Shown here in pieces: positions 1 through 10,745 of a DNA stretch of 64,000 nt; within the stretch, counting starts at the first letter, position 1; each line of letters starts with the position of its first letter. A program made the position numbers and the translations under genes. This DNA is from Trueperaceae bacterium (lineage in GTDB: Bacteria; Deinococcota; Deinococci; Deinococcales; Trueperaceae). The stretch covers positions 352,001-416,000 of the forward strand of contig OZ243913.1 in the NCBI GenBank assembly GCA_965213705.1. Direction: 5' to 3'. The notes under the pieces were generated by a model that saw nothing but the letters and a program-made list of their open reading frames with translations, was not told the origin of the DNA and made no database searches.

Positions 1-1
1 G

Positions 2-1519
2 GGCGGCGACTATCTCACCGACCAGAACGTCGCGGAGATGTTCGCCTACGACGTCATCGAGTCTGTTTATGAGCTCGAGCACATGGGCTTGCCCTTCTCC
101 CGCACCCCCGAGGGCAAAATCGCCCAGCGCAAGTTTGGCGGACACACACGTGAATTCGGCAAGTCGGCCGTCGAACGCGCCTGCTACGCCGCCGACCGCA
201 CCGGGCACATGATCCTGCAGACCCTGTACCAACAGTCGATCAAAAACAACGTGACCTTTTTCAACGAGTATCACGTCCTCGACCTCGTCATGGTCGACGG
301 CGAGTGCCGCGGCGTGGTCGCCTACGACCTCGCCACCGGCGAACTGCACACCTTTCACGCCAAGTCGACCGTCATCGCTACCGGCGGGTTCGGCCGGATG
401 TTCAAGGTCACCTCGAACGCGCACGCGCTCACCGGCGACTTGACCAGCATCGCCTACCGGCGCGGAATTCCCATCGAAGACCCCGAATTTTTCCAGTTTC
501 ACCCGACGGGCCTGTACAAAATCGGCGTGCTTTTAACCGAGGGCGCGCGGGGCGAGGGCGGGATTTTACGCAACAGCGAGGGCGAGCGCTTTATGGAGCG
601 CTACGCGCCGAGCATCAAGGACTTGGCCCCCCGCGACATGGTCTCGCGTTCGATGTACTTGGAAGTCCGTGAGGGCCGCGGCGTCGGGCCGGAGAACGAC
701 TACATCCTCTTAGACCTGACCCACATTGACGCCGATATCATCGAGAAGCGCCTGCCCGACATCACCGAGTTCTCGAGAATTTACCTGGGCGTCGACCCTA
801 TCAAAGAACCCGTGCCGGTCCAGCCGACCGCGCACTACGCGATGGGCGGCATCCCGACGACTGTCGACACCGAAGTCATCCTCGACGGCGACAACACCAT
901 CGTTCCCGGCCTGTACGCGGCGGGCGAGTGCTCCTGCGCTTCGCTCCACGGCGCGAACCGCCTCGGCACCAACAGTCTGGGCGACTTGATCGTCTTCGGC
1001 CGCCGGGCTGGTCGCTTTGCCGCGAAACATGCCGCGAAAGAAGACTACCGTGACCTCCCCGCCGACGCGCAGGACTTCTCGCGCGAACTCCTCGACAAGG
1101 CCTTGAACGGCCCCGGTAAGGAGCGCGTCTCGCACATCCGCAAAGAGATGCGCAACACGATGATGGACAACGCCTCCGTGTTCCGCACCGACGAGACGCT
1201 CGGCAACCAAAAAGAGATTCTCAAAGAACTCAAGGAACGCGCCAAGCTCATCGGCGTCGACGACCAGGGCAAGCAGTACAACACCGAATTGATGGAGGCG
1301 CTGGAACTCGGCTTCCTGCTCGACAACGCCGAACAGCTCGTCCACGCCGCCCACAACCGCAAAGAGTCTCGAGGCGCGCACTCCCGCGAAGACTACAGAG
1401 AGCGCGACGACGACAACTGGCTGAAACACACCCTTATTTACAAAGACGGCGAGGGTACCCGCATCGAATACAAAGAAGTCACGCTCGGCAAGTACGAGCC
1501 GAAGCCGAGGGTTTACTAA
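2..1519 (+). CDS. sdhA: Succinate dehydrogenase flavoprotein subunit (5' end outside window)
   Basis: Frame is open from the window edge ([13 protein letters not shown]...). Motifs [35 protein letters not shown] and ESRGAH. Followed by sdhB. Confidence 0.97.
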   Translation, partial: GGDYLTDQNVAEMFAYDVIESVYELEHMGLPFSRTPEGKIAQRKFGGHTREFGKSAVERACYAADRTGHMILQTLYQQSIKNNVTFFNEYHVLDLVMVDGECRGVVAYDLATGELHTFHAKSTVIATGGFGRMFKVTSNAHALTGDLTSIAYRRGIPIEDPEFFQFHPTGLYKIGVLLTEGARGEGGILRNSEGERFMERYAPSIKDLAPRDMVSRSMYLEVREGRGVGPENDYILLDLTHIDADIIEKRLPDITEFSRIYLGVDPIKEPVPVQPTAHYAMGGIPTTVDTEVILDGDNTIVPGLYAAGECSCASLHGANRLGTNSLGDLIVFGRRAGRFAAKHAAKEDYRDLPADAQDFSRELLDKALNGPGKERVSHIRKEMRNTMMDNASVFRTDETLGNQKEILKELKERAKLIGVDDQGKQYNTELMEALELGFLLDNAEQLVHAAHNRKESRGAHSREDYRERDDDNWLKHTLIYKDGEGTRIEYKEVTLGKYEPKPRVY

Positions 1520-1583
1520 AGGAGGAAAAAGGAGAAAGTGAAAAGTGGAAAGTCTTTTTCCTTTTTCCTTTCCATTTTCTCCT
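1520..1583. repeat. Heptamer-based purine/pyrimidine imperfect inverted repeat between sdhA and sdhB
   Basis: An AGGAG-GAAAAAG-GAGAAAG-TGAAAAG-TGGAAAG arm is followed by a CTTTTTC-CTTTTTC-CTTTCC-ATTTT-CTCCT arm. Confidence 0.65.
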
Positions 1584-1590
1584 GATTATC

Positions 1591-2289
<699 letters not shown>

Positions 2290-2314
2290 AGTTTTACTGC
2301 TCGAGTAGTTTTTT

Positions 2315-2344
2315 GCGCCCCCGACGTCGGGGGCGCTGTTTTAT
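2315..2344 (+). terminator. Intrinsic terminator after sdhB
   Basis: Perfect palindrome GCGCCCCCGACGTCGGGGGCGC (2315-2336) followed by TGTTTTAT. Confidence 0.7.
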
Positions 2345-2355
2345 AGTCGGAAGCG

Positions 2356-3144
2356 TTGATGGATTCGGCTTCCGTTTTTGGCAACCTTACGAGCTACGCC
2401 CTAGTTTGGGGAGGGTTCGTTTTTGTCGTTCTCGCCGTGTCAATTGGTGTCAGGACGGCCTGGTTCAAAGGCGTTTTGGGCGAATTCAAGGTAAGGTTTA
2501 CGCTGCGCCGTCGCTTAGACAAAAAGCAGTACCACACCTTTCACAACCTGATGTTGGCGACACCCGACGGCACCACGCAAATCGACCATGTAGTCGTTTC
2601 GCAGTTCGGCCTGTTCGTGCTCGAGACGAAAAACATGAAGGGCTGGATTTTCGGCAGTTCCGAGCAAGCGACTTGGACACAGCAAATCTACCGATACAAG
2701 TATAAGTTTCAGAACCCGCTTCGTCAAAACTACAAACACGTAAAAGCGCTCGAGGCGCTGCTAGACCTTTCTCCCGATGTCATCTATTCAGTCGTGGTGT
2801 TCGTGGGCAACAGCCGCTTCAAAACGGCCATGCCTGAAAACGTCACCCGTCTGGCTAGTTTCGTCACCTGTATAAAAGCCAAGACGCAGCCGATGTTGAC
2901 AGACGCTCAGGTACAAGCCGTCGTCACAAGGCTTCAAACGGGCAAGCTCGAGGCTACACCTCAGCTACGGCGTGAGCATGTGCGCCGTCTGCGCTCGAGG
3001 AGTGACCCAAAATCGGTTCAGCTTTGCCCGAAATGTGGCAGTACGATGATGCTCAAAACGACCAAACAGGGTGCAAACGCAGGCAGCCGGTTTTGGGGCT
3101 GCTCTAACTTTCCACAGTGTCGCGGCACGCGGCAGCTCGCCTAA
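2356..3144 (+). CDS. NERD-domain nuclease-related protein with N-terminal TM helix and C-terminal topoisomerase-type Zn ribbon
   Basis: TQIDHVVVSQFGLFVLETKNMKG and QNPLRQN NERD motifs; CPKCG...FWGCSNFPQC C4 ribbon. Confidence 0.88.
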   Translation: MMDSASVFGNLTSYALVWGGFVFVVLAVSIGVRTAWFKGVLGEFKVRFTLRRRLDKKQYHTFHNLMLATPDGTTQIDHVVVSQFGLFVLETKNMKGWIFGSSEQATWTQQIYRYKYKFQNPLRQNYKHVKALEALLDLSPDVIYSVVVFVGNSRFKTAMPENVTRLASFVTCIKAKTQPMLTDAQVQAVVTRLQTGKLEATPQLRREHVRRLRSRSDPKSVQLCPKCGSTMMLKTTKQGANAGSRFWGCSNFPQCRGTRQLA

Positions 3145-3295
3145 AAAGGTTGAAGTTCATCTCAAAGCGAATTTTGGTTTGGTTACACCTTAGCAGTTGC
3201 CAGACTAGCGTCAATGACGATTTCTCGAGCGGGCAACTCACCTTCTAGGTTTCGCACAGCGACGACTAAAAGGTACTCGAGCTTAATTACCTCCC

Positions 3296-3315
3296 CACAT
3301 AACTGTGTGTATGTG
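3296..3315. promoter_or_regulatory. Inverted-repeat operator candidate upstream of the Phd/VapC operon
   Basis: CACATA-N8-TATGTG lies just upstream of a TACGCT box and the ATG at 3330. Type II TA operons usually autoregulate through such sites. Confidence 0.45.
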
Positions 3316-3329
3316 TTGTACGCTTTCTT

Positions 3330-3581
3330 ATGACAAAATCCCTTCCCCTCGAGGTCAACATGAGCGAGTTCCGGAATAACCTGTCCACTTATCTCGACGC
3401 TGTGGAAAAGGGCAAGACAGTTAGAATCATCCGCCGAGGCAAACCCAGTGCCATCCTGATACGCGCTGAGGAATCTGTTGAAGCCATCGACCCAGAGGCC
3501 CTGAGAACCTTCAGAAACGGTTTGAACGTGGAAACCGGTAGCAGCGTCATCGTAGACTTGCGGCGGAATGAACGCTATTAG
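3330..3581 (+). CDS. Phd/YefM-family antitoxin
   Basis: SEFRNNLSTYLDAVEKGKTVRIIRRGKPSAIL is a Phd-type N-terminus. Overlaps the downstream PIN gene. Confidence 0.85.
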   Translation: MTKSLPLEVNMSEFRNNLSTYLDAVEKGKTVRIIRRGKPSAILIRAEESVEAIDPEALRTFRNGLNVETGSSVIVDLRRNERY

Positions 3582-4017
3582 GTATTACGACACGAGCGCC
3601 GTTCTGCCGCTTTATCTAAACGAGCCCGCTTCCGAAGTTGCGCAGCGGGCGCTCGAGCGAGACAGCGGCCAGCTCGCCACCTCCGTCCTCACCACCGTCG
3701 AACTGCGCGCAGGCTTGGCGCGGCTCGAGCACGAAGGCGTCCTGAGCGCCGCGCAGGCCGACGCCGTTTTCGAGCGCGCCCGCCGAGACCTGGACCGGAC
3801 GCCGCGCAGGCTCAAGCTTTCCGGGGATGTTCTCGAAGAGGCTGTACGGCTCCTGAAAATCAAGGGGGATACACCCCTCAAAACGCTGAACACGCTGCAC
3901 GTCGCTACCTGTTTGCGCTACGGAACCGGCGGCTTTGTCACGAATGACAAACAGCAAGCACGTTTTGCGCAGCAAGTGGGGCTGCGGGTTTCTTATTTGG
4001 CCGGAGAACTTACTTGA
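3568..4017 (+). CDS. vapC: VapC/PIN-domain toxin (one catalytic Asp replaced by Asn)
   Basis: YYDTSA, VELRAGL, LKTLNTLH and FVTND match PIN motif positions. Confidence 0.85.
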   Translation: MNAIRYYDTSAVLPLYLNEPASEVAQRALERDSGQLATSVLTTVELRAGLARLEHEGVLSAAQADAVFERARRDLDRTPRRLKLSGDVLEEAVRLLKIKGDTPLKTLNTLHVATCLRYGTGGFVTNDKQQARFAQQVGLRVSYLAGELT

Positions 4018-4112
4018 ATTTCTGACGTCGAAGGTTGTTTGTGTTTGTAGAGAATAGCCGGAAGCGGGAACTGTGATTCTGCTCGCCACCGAAGTTTGCT
4101 AAGCTAAAGCCT

Positions 4113-4463
4113 ATGGCGTCTGTAACCCTGAACCTGTCAGACCAGCTCAAGGCGCGCGTTGAATCCTTCAGCCGCTGGCTGCCCGCCATCCTCGAAACAA
4201 GTTTGCTCGCCCTCAAAACGCCTGCTTACGAGGCGGCGAGTGAATTTATCGAGTTTTTGGCGTCCAATCCCTTACCCCAAGCGGTTCACAATTACCGACT
4301 TTCTGAGGTCGTGCAAAAACGGGTGGAGGGCTTGCTCGAGCACAACCGCGAAGGCATCTTAAGTGATGTCGAAGAGAAAGAGTTAGACGAGTATCTCAGG
4401 CTCGAGCACGTGGTCAGGATGGTCAAAGCCAAACTCGCTACTGACGAGTTAGCCGGAGTGTGA
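4113..4463 (+). CDS. Hypothetical protein, probable partner or antitoxin of the downstream HNH nuclease
   Basis: 116 aa. RHH-like start ASVTLNLSDQL, helical C-terminus LSDVEEKELDEYLRLEH. GTGA overlap with the HNH gene; TAAGCT box 7 nt before ATG. Confidence 0.7.
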   Translation: MASVTLNLSDQLKARVESFSRWLPAILETSLLALKTPAYEAASEFIEFLASNPLPQAVHNYRLSEVVQKRVEGLLEHNREGILSDVEEKELDEYLRLEHVVRMVKAKLATDELAGV

Positions 4464-4858
4464 GCGAAACCGCTCGAGAGCGCGTCGCACGAGCGCGGGG
4501 GCGTTGCGAATACTGCCTTTATCCCGAGACCGAGTCTCTACTTCCTCATCAACTCGACCATGTTGTTGCCAGGCAGCACGGCGGGTCGGACAGAGAGGAC
4601 AATTTGGCTTTTTGCTGTGCGGTCTGCAATCGCTACAAAGGCCCGAATTTGACCTCTGTCGACCCACAAACGAACGAAGTGACCCGGCTCTTCAATCCAC
4701 GCGCGCAGCAGTGGAAGGCTCACTTCTCTTTCGACGACGGTCGCGTTGTTGGGCTGACAGCTGAACGCCGGGCGACAGTCTTTTTGCTCCGCCTCAACGA
4801 TGAAGAACGTCTTGCAGAACGCCGCACTCCGCTTGTATCAAAACGCTATGGGCTATAG
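4460..4858 (+). CDS. HNH endonuclease
   Basis: RCEYC...LDHVVARQHGG...NLAFCCAVCNRYKG Zn-binding HNH motif. Confidence 0.88.
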   Translation: MSETARERVARARGRCEYCLYPETESLLPHQLDHVVARQHGGSDREDNLAFCCAVCNRYKGPNLTSVDPQTNEVTRLFNPRAQQWKAHFSFDDGRVVGLTAERRATVFLLRLNDEERLAERRTPLVSKRYGL

Positions 4859-4887
4859 AATCTCGAGACGCAAGCCGACCTGTTTTC

Positions 4888-5535
4888 ATGACCCTGACTC
4901 CCCAAATCCTTCTCAACGCCTACTGCCAAGGCCTGTTCCCGATGGCCGACCCGGACGAGGGCGGCGCGGTGTACTGGTACGACCCCGACCCGCGTACCCT
5001 TATTCCGTTAGAGGCCTTTCACGTACCGCGCCGTTTGGCTCGCACAGTGCGCCAGGGAAAGTTCGAGGTGCGCGTGGACAGCGCTTTCCGCCGCGTGATT
5101 GAGGCTTGCGCCGAGCCGCGGGAAGCGGACGCGAAGACCTGGATAAGCCCGGAACTCGTCAACCTCTACACCGCCCTCCACGAACGAGGTTTCGCGCACA
5201 GCGTCGAGACCTACCTGGACGGCGAACTCGTCGGCGGCGTTTACGGCGTGAGCGTGCGTGGGCTGTTCGCGGGCGAGAGCATGTTCAGCCGCGTGACGGA
5301 TGCCAGCAAGGTCGCGCTGGTGCATCTTTTAAGAGGTTTGAGGGCGAGCGGCTACACCTTGTTCGACGTGCAGTTTACGACCGCCCACTTGCAGCGCTTC
5401 GGGGCGGTGGAAGTCCCGCGCGCGGAGTACAAGCGGAGGCTGGCCCAGGCCCTCACGGTGAGTCCTCGAGCCCTCACCGAACAGGCGCGTCGGGAACCTC
5501 GGGGTCGGGGTTCGAGCGCTGGTGATAGACCTTGA
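4888..5535 (+). CDS. aat: Leucyl/phenylalanyl-tRNA--protein transferase
   Basis: AYCQGLFPMA, DPDPR, AHSVE, GESMFS and ASKVAL motifs. Confidence 0.95.
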   Translation: MTLTPQILLNAYCQGLFPMADPDEGGAVYWYDPDPRTLIPLEAFHVPRRLARTVRQGKFEVRVDSAFRRVIEACAEPREADAKTWISPELVNLYTALHERGFAHSVETYLDGELVGGVYGVSVRGLFAGESMFSRVTDASKVALVHLLRGLRASGYTLFDVQFTTAHLQRFGAVEVPRAEYKRRLAQALTVSPRALTEQARREPRGRGSSAGDRP

Positions 5536-6346
5536 CGACCTCGGCCCCGAAGAAAAAAAGCTGCGCCGCGAAAAACACCCACAGCAAAAAGACGATTAAC
5601 GACCCCGCCGCCCCGTAGGCCGAGGCGATAAAGCTGTTGCCGATGAACACGCCGATGGTCCACTTGCCCGCCGTAAACAACACGGCCGTAAGGAGCGCCC
5701 CCGCCCCCACCTCGCGCCAGCGCAACTTGACGTGCGGCAGGTATTTGTAAACGAGCCCGAACAGCAGCGTCAGCAGCACGATGTTGAAAACGATGTCGAG
5801 CAGCCCCAACACGCCCGGCGGCAAACCCAGCCGCCGACTCATTGACCCCGTAAACGCGGTCAGGCTGGCGCTGAAGAGGAGCGACACCGCCAGCAAAAAC
5901 CCGAAGCTGAACACGAGCGCGACCGAAACGAAGCGTTGCAGAGCCAAGCGCAACAATCCTTGTTTCGGAGCCGGGGCCGCCCGAAAAATCAGGTTGAGCG
6001 CGTCGCGCAGTTCGTGGAGCACCGCCGACGCCGCGAACAGCAACACCACCACGCCGATGCTCGTCGCGTAGATGCCTGAACGTTCCCCGTAGGCCGTGAG
6101 CGCCGTACTGAACAGCATCTCGGTAATCTGGATACCGGGCGCGCCCACGAGCGAGCCGACCTGGTTCAACACCTCGGCCCGAATTTGGTCACGCTCGAGC
6201 AGCAGCCCCGCAATCGTCACCGAGAAGATAAAAAACGGAGCCAGCGACAGCGCCGTGAAAAAGGCCAGCGCCGCCCCGAGCCGCCCGGCCTGGTCGCGCT
6301 GCCAGGCGGCCAACGCCGCTTTGAGCACCTGGTATGTGGTTATCAC
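5474..6346 (-). CDS. YihY/BrkB-family membrane protein
   Basis: GAALAFFTALSLAP and YGAAGSLIVFLLWVFFAAQLFFFGAE motifs; multiple TM helices. Confidence 0.92.
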   Translation of the reverse strand: MITTYQVLKAALAAWQRDQAGRLGAALAFFTALSLAPFFIFSVTIAGLLLERDQIRAEVLNQVGSLVGAPGIQITEMLFSTALTAYGERSGIYATSIGVVVLLFAASAVLHELRDALNLIFRAAPAPKQGLLRLALQRFVSVALVFSFGFLLAVSLLFSASLTAFTGSMSRRLGLPPGVLGLLDIVFNIVLLTLLFGLVYKYLPHVKLRWREVGAGALLTAVLFTAGKWTIGVFIGNSFIASAYGAAGSLIVFLLWVFFAAQLFFFGAEVVKVYHQRSNPDPEVPDAPVR

Positions 6347-6462
6347 CTGAGAAGAGTGTACCAGGATACTTGGGAGGTTAGTTTGAAGTGCTGGCGCTCG
6401 GCGTTATCAAAGTGTCGACGCTGTATCAGAGTTGAAGTCGCAAAGAAATTAGACCAAGAGAA

Positions 6463-8055
6463 CTATAGCTTTTGCTGGCATTCCGAAATTATTTTTTCTT
6501 TGATTTTGTCAACAGGATAAGGAAGTGCTTCCCCAACCTTTATGCAATATTTCCGCATCAACCTCACGTCTTTCGTATCCAGCTGATATTTTTTGTTGCC
6601 GTTCGAGTCTGTCTCTATTAAAACTGGCTTTCCGACTAAAGCAACACCACATACAAATCTATAATCATCTAAAACAACCTCGAAAATTTCGGCTTTACAC
6701 TGAACTTGAGTTTCTGATTCTTCGCTCGTCCAAAATAATCTGGAGACCATTGCTTCAGACCTTAGCAGAGACGCGAAAGTCTCGAGCTGCTTTCTCTGAC
6801 CGTATAAATGAGGTAACTCGACCTTCAAATCGCTCGACGTAGGGAAGTGACGTGAAATCTCCCAAGTATCCCGTATCAAGCGTGCAGTGTCAACACATTT
6901 TTGGTCAAAGTCAAAGCTAACTTGACCGCTTAGAAATAGAGCTGAATTCAACGTAATTTCAACTTCAAGTATATTTTTAGAGTTATCATTGCTCGAAAAC
7001 AGAAGTACAAAGTCCGAGTACAGTTTTAGATTATCCAAACGGTGAGTTTCGCTTGGCTTCGGATGAGACACCCGCCAATCAGGTTGTTCCTTGTACCGGG
7101 AAACAAGCACTTGTATGAAAGGTGCCTCAAATAGAATTTTCAAATACTTCTGGTATTCCTCCCCAAGTAGATGAGCGGTAGCTTGTGGAATACGAGATAC
7201 TACTCTCAGTTGCAAGAACTTTTCAGTACCAGGCATCCTGAGTCTGATTGTTTCCTCAGAAAAATCTGGCTCTCTAAACTGCATCACACCACCACTTGCA
7301 GTTCTCCGAGATTTCGGGTCTACTATGTCAAACCTTTTTTCATAGATTTCTGTTTCGATAACATCGACATGAGATATCCAACCAAGGGCAAAATCAACTA
7401 GAACCTCTTTTGAATCCTGAATGTACTCTTGTTTGCGGAACTGCTCTGGAATTAAAACTTCGTAGTTATGGATTGACTCACCTTCTTCATAGCCTACAGT
7501 ATCGTACAAGTGACTTTTGTGCCGACTGTAGGCATCAGGGTCGTCGCCAACGTAGCTTTTAATTGCCTCGAGCAACCCATCACCGTCCGGACTTGAGAGC
7601 ATTTCTGATTCGCCATACTCGAAAGACATCCATCTTTTATGCAGTTCGACCGTCGTATCTTCACTTAACTTTCTCAGCCGCTTCAATGTTCTTCGGATAC
7701 AGGCTTCGCTGATATGCACAAGATAAGCCCGTTGACAGTCCTTTTTGCCGTCAAACTCTAAAGCTAAGAAGAAAGTAGGATACAAATTTTTTACAAGTAA
7801 AAACCAATTTTTTAGATTGACTTTTCTATTGCCTTTTGGTTTATCTGTAGACTTAACCTGCACCAGACTCCGAGTCGCCGAAGGATTTTTGTCAAGGGGA
7901 AAAATAACTGCATCTGTTTCTGTCGGAAGCTCAAGAAAAAAGTCCCATCCGGTTTTATCCACATCGGATTTGTTTGCCACAATACCTACTTGGTCACACC
8001 ACTTCTGCAGTTCCGACTCGCCCAAGCTTCCCAAATCTCTTTCTGATTTAAACAT
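6463..8055 (-). CDS. AT-rich protein with N-terminal DUF4365-like PD-(D/E)xK nuclease domain
   Basis: GSLGE...DKTGWDFFLE...LVQVKST restriction-endonuclease-like motif. Markedly lower GC than its flanks. ATG at 8055 preferred over the ORF-track start at 8085. Confidence 0.72.
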   Translation of the reverse strand: MFKSERDLGSLGESELQKWCDQVGIVANKSDVDKTGWDFFLELPTETDAVIFPLDKNPSATRSLVQVKSTDKPKGNRKVNLKNWFLLVKNLYPTFFLALEFDGKKDCQRAYLVHISEACIRRTLKRLRKLSEDTTVELHKRWMSFEYGESEMLSSPDGDGLLEAIKSYVGDDPDAYSRHKSHLYDTVGYEEGESIHNYEVLIPEQFRKQEYIQDSKEVLVDFALGWISHVDVIETEIYEKRFDIVDPKSRRTASGGVMQFREPDFSEETIRLRMPGTEKFLQLRVVSRIPQATAHLLGEEYQKYLKILFEAPFIQVLVSRYKEQPDWRVSHPKPSETHRLDNLKLYSDFVLLFSSNDNSKNILEVEITLNSALFLSGQVSFDFDQKCVDTARLIRDTWEISRHFPTSSDLKVELPHLYGQRKQLETFASLLRSEAMVSRLFWTSEESETQVQCKAEIFEVVLDDYRFVCGVALVGKPVLIETDSNGNKKYQLDTKDVRLMRKYCIKVGEALPYPVDKIKEKIISECQQKL

Positions 8056-8188
8056 GGCTTTAATGTATCTGAAATAGTGTGTCAAAGCGTGTTGTGCAGG
8101 CGTTGCGCCTTAAAGTTGCTCACCAACAGCCGGATACCCGCCTCGCTCATCGAGGACGTTGGCATTCGGGTCGCCACCCCACTCGAGC

Positions 8189-8410
8189 CTACCCCTCCAA
8201 ATCAAGCGCCTTTTCCACCTTGTCAGCCTCGGCCAGCTCAACGCGTATAAACGACTCGCCCGCGGTAATGTCGATATTCACCACGAGTTCGGCACCTTTT
8301 TTGGCCCGCTCGGGCAGCCAGGCAATCGGTAGGGTCAGGGTACTGCCGTCGTCGCGTTTTAAGTAAGCGCTGCCTTGGACGTAACCGTGGATTCGGAAGA
8401 GGTCAACCAT
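8189..8410 (-). CDS. Small hypothetical protein (DUF3006-like)
   Basis: 73 aa; AYLKRDDGSTLTLPIAWLPERAKKG resembles the DUF3006 pattern. Confidence 0.5.
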   Translation of the reverse strand: MVDLFRIHGYVQGSAYLKRDDGSTLTLPIAWLPERAKKGAELVVNIDITAGESFIRVELAEADKVEKALDLEG

Positions 8411-8508
8411 GCGCTATACCTTTCTCATCACTTTGGACAGTCTATCTCAAACCCAACCTCATCCTAAAGAGCAGGCGCAGGGATACTGTGAACTGTTACA
8501 GTGTGAGC

Positions 8509-8748
8509 GTGGTCGCGAACGACAAACTTCATCAGCTAAAAGACGCCGTTCACCTCTCCCTGGACGAACTAGCCGAAGACGCCGAGCGGTATCTCGAGCT
8601 TTTCAAACAGTTCAAACGAGAAGGCGGCAAGGTTGACGAAGACCTCAGTGCCGAACTCGAGGTTCAAGTAACCGTTTTGCAAGCCCACGCCACAAGCCTC
8701 GGTGAGTTGATAGACGAACTCGACAGTATTCTTGTTACCGACAAATAA
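8509..8748 (+). CDS. Small acidic helical hypothetical protein
   Basis: Coherent amphipathic ORF. TACAGT box 6 nt before the GTG at 8509 suggests a leaderless start. Confidence 0.55.
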   Translation: MVANDKLHQLKDAVHLSLDELAEDAERYLELFKQFKREGGKVDEDLSAELEVQVTVLQAHATSLGELIDELDSILVTDK

Positions 8749-8841
8749 ACCGCAGCCTCGAGCCGACAAGAAAGCCCGACGCCGCCGTTTATACTTGGGT
8801 GAATGGTTCTAGTCCGATTGAAAGCCGATGTAGGTTAAAGC

Positions 8842-10305
8842 GTGGCGCGACCCTCCACCCTCACCTACGACCGCGGGACGCTGCTGCTCCACCCGCCGCC
8901 GAAGGGCAAAAGCTGGCTCGAGTTCGTCACCTGGGACGACCGGGTCGAGAAGTTCCGGCTGCCCGCGCGCGACTACCGCCGCTTCGTCGAGGTCACGCGG
9001 GCGGAGGGCGTCGAGGTTGTCGACAAGGCTCGAGACTTCAAAGAGCTTATCTTGACTTCCGGTGCGGACAAAGAGCCGTATAAACACCAGCTCGAGGCGC
9101 TGAACGCCTGGAAAAGCCAGGGGCGGCAAGGGGTTGTGGTGCTGCCGACCGGGGCGGGCAAGACGTATGTGGCGCAGTTGGCGATGCTCGAGACGCCCCG
9201 CAGCACCCTCGTCGTGGTGCCGACGCTCGACCTCATGCACCAGTGGTACGCGAACCTGTCGGCGGCTTTTCCGGAAGCCGAGGTCGGGCTGTTGGGCGGC
9301 GGCTCGAAGGACGAGACGCCCGTGCTCATCGCCACCTACGACAGCGCCGCCATTTTTGCCGAAAAGCTCGGCAACCGCTACGGTTTACTGATTTTCGACG
9401 AGTGTCACCACCTGCCCGGCGACTTCGTGCGCACCGTCGCCGAGTATTCGCTCGCGCCCTACCGTTTAGGCCTTACCGCCACGCCCGAGCGGAGCGACGA
9501 GCGTCATCACGATTTGGACACGCTTATCGGCAAAATCGTCTACCGCAAAGCCCCCGAAGACCTGGCGGGCGGCGCGCTGTCCGAGCACCGGATAGAACAG
9601 ATTCGGGTGACGCTGACCGAAGACGAACGGGCCGAGTACGACAAGCTTATCGAGCAGCGCAACGCCTTTTTGAGCCGAAGCGGCATCTTTTTCGGAAGTT
9701 TAGACGGCTGGCAGCGCTTCGTGCAGGCGAGCGCGCGCTCGACCGAGGGCCGCGCCGCCATGCTCGCGCACCGCGCGGCGCGGCAAATCGCCTTTGGAAC
9801 GGAAGCGAAAATTCGCGTGCTGGCTGAGTTGCTGACCGAACACTACAGCGACCGCGTGCTGATTTTTACCGACGACAACGCGACCGTCTACCGTATCTCG
9901 CAAACCTTTTTGATTCCCGCCATCACCCACCAGACGAAAGTGAAAGAGCGCCACGCGACGTTGCAAGCTTTTCGGGACGGCTCGTACCCGCGCGTGGTGA
10001 CCTCGAGGGTCCTCAACGAAGGCGTCGACGTGCCCGAGGCGAACGTCGCCGTCGTCCTGTCCGGCACCGGCTCGACCAGGGAGTACATCCAGCGCTTGGG
10101 ACGGATTTTGCGCAAAGGCGAGGGCAAGCTGGCACTTCTCTACGAGGTTGTCGCCGAAGACACGAGCGAAGAAGGTGTCTCGAAGCGGCGGCGCGGGGAG
10201 CGGTTCGGCAAGGACTCGAGCAAGGCTGAAACGAGCAACGAGCAACCGAGTTTGAATTTTGAGCAAATCAAGCCGGGTGACGCCGCGAGTTTCGAGGACT
10301 TGTGA
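8842..10305 (+). CDS. XPB/Rad25-like SF2 helicase (DEAD/DEAH, ResIII-type)
   Basis: LPTGAGKT Walker A, DECHH, GLTATPER, EGVDVP and QRLGRILR. Confidence 0.9.
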   Translation: MARPSTLTYDRGTLLLHPPPKGKSWLEFVTWDDRVEKFRLPARDYRRFVEVTRAEGVEVVDKARDFKELILTSGADKEPYKHQLEALNAWKSQGRQGVVVLPTGAGKTYVAQLAMLETPRSTLVVVPTLDLMHQWYANLSAAFPEAEVGLLGGGSKDETPVLIATYDSAAIFAEKLGNRYGLLIFDECHHLPGDFVRTVAEYSLAPYRLGLTATPERSDERHHDLDTLIGKIVYRKAPEDLAGGALSEHRIEQIRVTLTEDERAEYDKLIEQRNAFLSRSGIFFGSLDGWQRFVQASARSTEGRAAMLAHRAARQIAFGTEAKIRVLAELLTEHYSDRVLIFTDDNATVYRISQTFLIPAITHQTKVKERHATLQAFRDGSYPRVVTSRVLNEGVDVPEANVAVVLSGTGSTREYIQRLGRILRKGEGKLALLYEVVAEDTSEEGVSKRRRGERFGKDSSKAETSNEQPSLNFEQIKPGDAASFEDL

Positions 10306-10343
10306 CAGCCCCCATCTATTTGGCTTTGAGAGGGTAGGCTGGC

Positions 10344-10745
10344 GTGATGTTGGTGCTGAGATTTCTTTGGGAACTGCCCCAAAACCTGTTGGGAGCGGTC
10401 GTCTGGCTGGTCGTGCGGCGCACCGTCAGCGAGACCACCGTGGAGCACGAACGGCTTTTCTTCCACGTGCCCAACTTCGGCGTCAGCCTCGGCAGCTTCG
10501 TCTTTTGGTCGAGCACCGACAACGCCGTCATCAAAATAAACCCGGACAACAAGGTTCATGAGTTCGGACACACCCTTCAGTCGCTTTATTTCGGGCCGCT
10601 GTACCTCCTGGTCATCGGCTTGCCGTCTATTTCTCGAGTGCTCTACGGAACGCTTTATTACGCCCTCACGAAAAAGAGGTGGCAAGGCTACTACGCGGGC
10701 TATCCAGAGCGGTGGGCGGACGAGTTGGGGCGAAAGTTTTACTGA
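10344..10745 (+). CDS. Small membrane protein with HExxH motif
   Basis: WELPQNLLG start, VHEFGHTLQS, a TM segment, then YPERWAD. Confidence 0.7.
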   Translation: MMLVLRFLWELPQNLLGAVVWLVVRRTVSETTVEHERLFFHVPNFGVSLGSFVFWSSTDNAVIKINPDNKVHEFGHTLQSLYFGPLYLLVIGLPSISRVLYGTLYYALTKKRWQGYYAGYPERWADELGRKFY

